A stretch of DNA of 64,000 nucleotides from Octopus sinensis (Eukaryota), in the NCBI RefSeq assembly GCF_006345805.1, contig NC_043006.1, forward strand, positions 2,542,001 to 2,606,000. The letters are read 5' to 3'. Within the stretch, counting starts at the first letter, position 1. The number at the start of each line of letters is the position of its first letter. The notes beneath the pieces were generated by a model that was given only the letters and a program-made list of their open reading frames with translations, did no database searches and was not told where the DNA came from. Shown here piece by piece: positions 63,136 through 64,000 of the stretch. A program made the translations under genes and the position numbers.

Positions 63136-63428
63136 AATACTGAACAAATTCTGTTTCTGTGTTGGTTCCTAAGGCATAGCATATTTCTCTGTTTGTCTCA
63201 ACCTGTCTTGTAGAGAGCAGTTATTAATTTCACTTCACCTGAGTTCTTTGCAATAGAAAGCCAGATACTTGTAGCAAAAATTAACAGTTGTCTAGATATA
63301 ATGTTTTTTTTCTCTTCAATATGTTATCTTGGAACAGTTGATTAAAGCAATGGAAAAATAAATTACATGCATTGTATATCTAAATCTATCTGTTTATGTA
63401 TATGTCTCTTGGTCTGTATGTGTGTGTA

Positions 63429-63490
<62 letters not shown>

Positions 63491-63492
<2 letters not shown>

Positions 63493-63543
63493 AACCTGTG
63501 CTAGCATGGAAAACGGACGTTAAACGATGATGATGATAATGAT
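63491..63543 (+). mobile_element. Extreme 5'-truncated (~50 bp) RTE 3' terminus within (TA)n
   Basis: CCAACCTGTGCTAGCATGGAAAACGGACGTTAAAC(GAT)n. Confidence 0.8.
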
Positions 63544-63551
63544 ATATATAT

Positions 63552-63608
<57 letters not shown>

Positions 63609-64000
63609 AAATATGTATGTATATATATGTGTGAGTGTGTACATGCACACATATATGTATATATATATATGTGTGTACCACACACACACACACACACACA
63701 CATTGCCTGTAGGCTATGTAACAGCCCTAAAATCTATTTGAACATACTTGAAACTTGCCTCTTTTGTAGGTTTCACTTCAAAAGCTAACTGTCAAAATGT
63801 GGGTTGAGGGAACGTAGCTTCTTAAGTGCCAGTATTGAGAAGAACTGTTTATAATCATTTATGCTCTTAAGAAAATATTGTAATTACACTGAATTTGTTT
63901 GAGTTAAGTAAGTTTCTTTTCAATAGAGTTCTTTTGCTCTATCTTGAACATGTGCTAATTTATACCTTCACATTGGATCTGGCCTATATTTCTTTGGCTT

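Overview
AT-rich eukaryotic genomic DNA, almost certainly from a coleoid cephalopod and probably Octopus. This is inferred from the SINE/RTE repertoire and the very long (TA)n, (CA)n, (AAT)n and (GAT)n arrays. I find no intact host protein-coding exon, tRNA, rRNA or CRISPR array. The window is a transposon graveyard, probably inside a long intron or an intergenic region. It contains a decayed Penelope-like element (1-1790), a near full-length but broken R4/Dong-clade LINE (23231-27230, minus strand), a young 5'-truncated RTE LINE (29883-31670) with several older relatives and about a dozen short copies of its 3' UTR, a second RTE type ending in three C2H2 fingers, a CR1-type LINE 3' fragment, three mariner remnants, hAT and piggyBac-like MITEs, non-autonomous Helitrons, and three tRNA-headed SINE families that carry interchangeable tails. 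The most interesting signal is three unrelated minimal type I hammerhead-ribozyme folds with non-canonical cores and palindromic helix III: 2537-2582 (+), downstream of a tRNA-like Pol III promoter at the Penelope 3' end; 4872-4913 (-), with a U3-A8 compensatory core; and 32485-32541 (+), inside a ~300-bp highly structured retrozyme-like insert in (TA)n. All family assignments come from motif recognition by eye; coordinates of decayed repeats are approximate.
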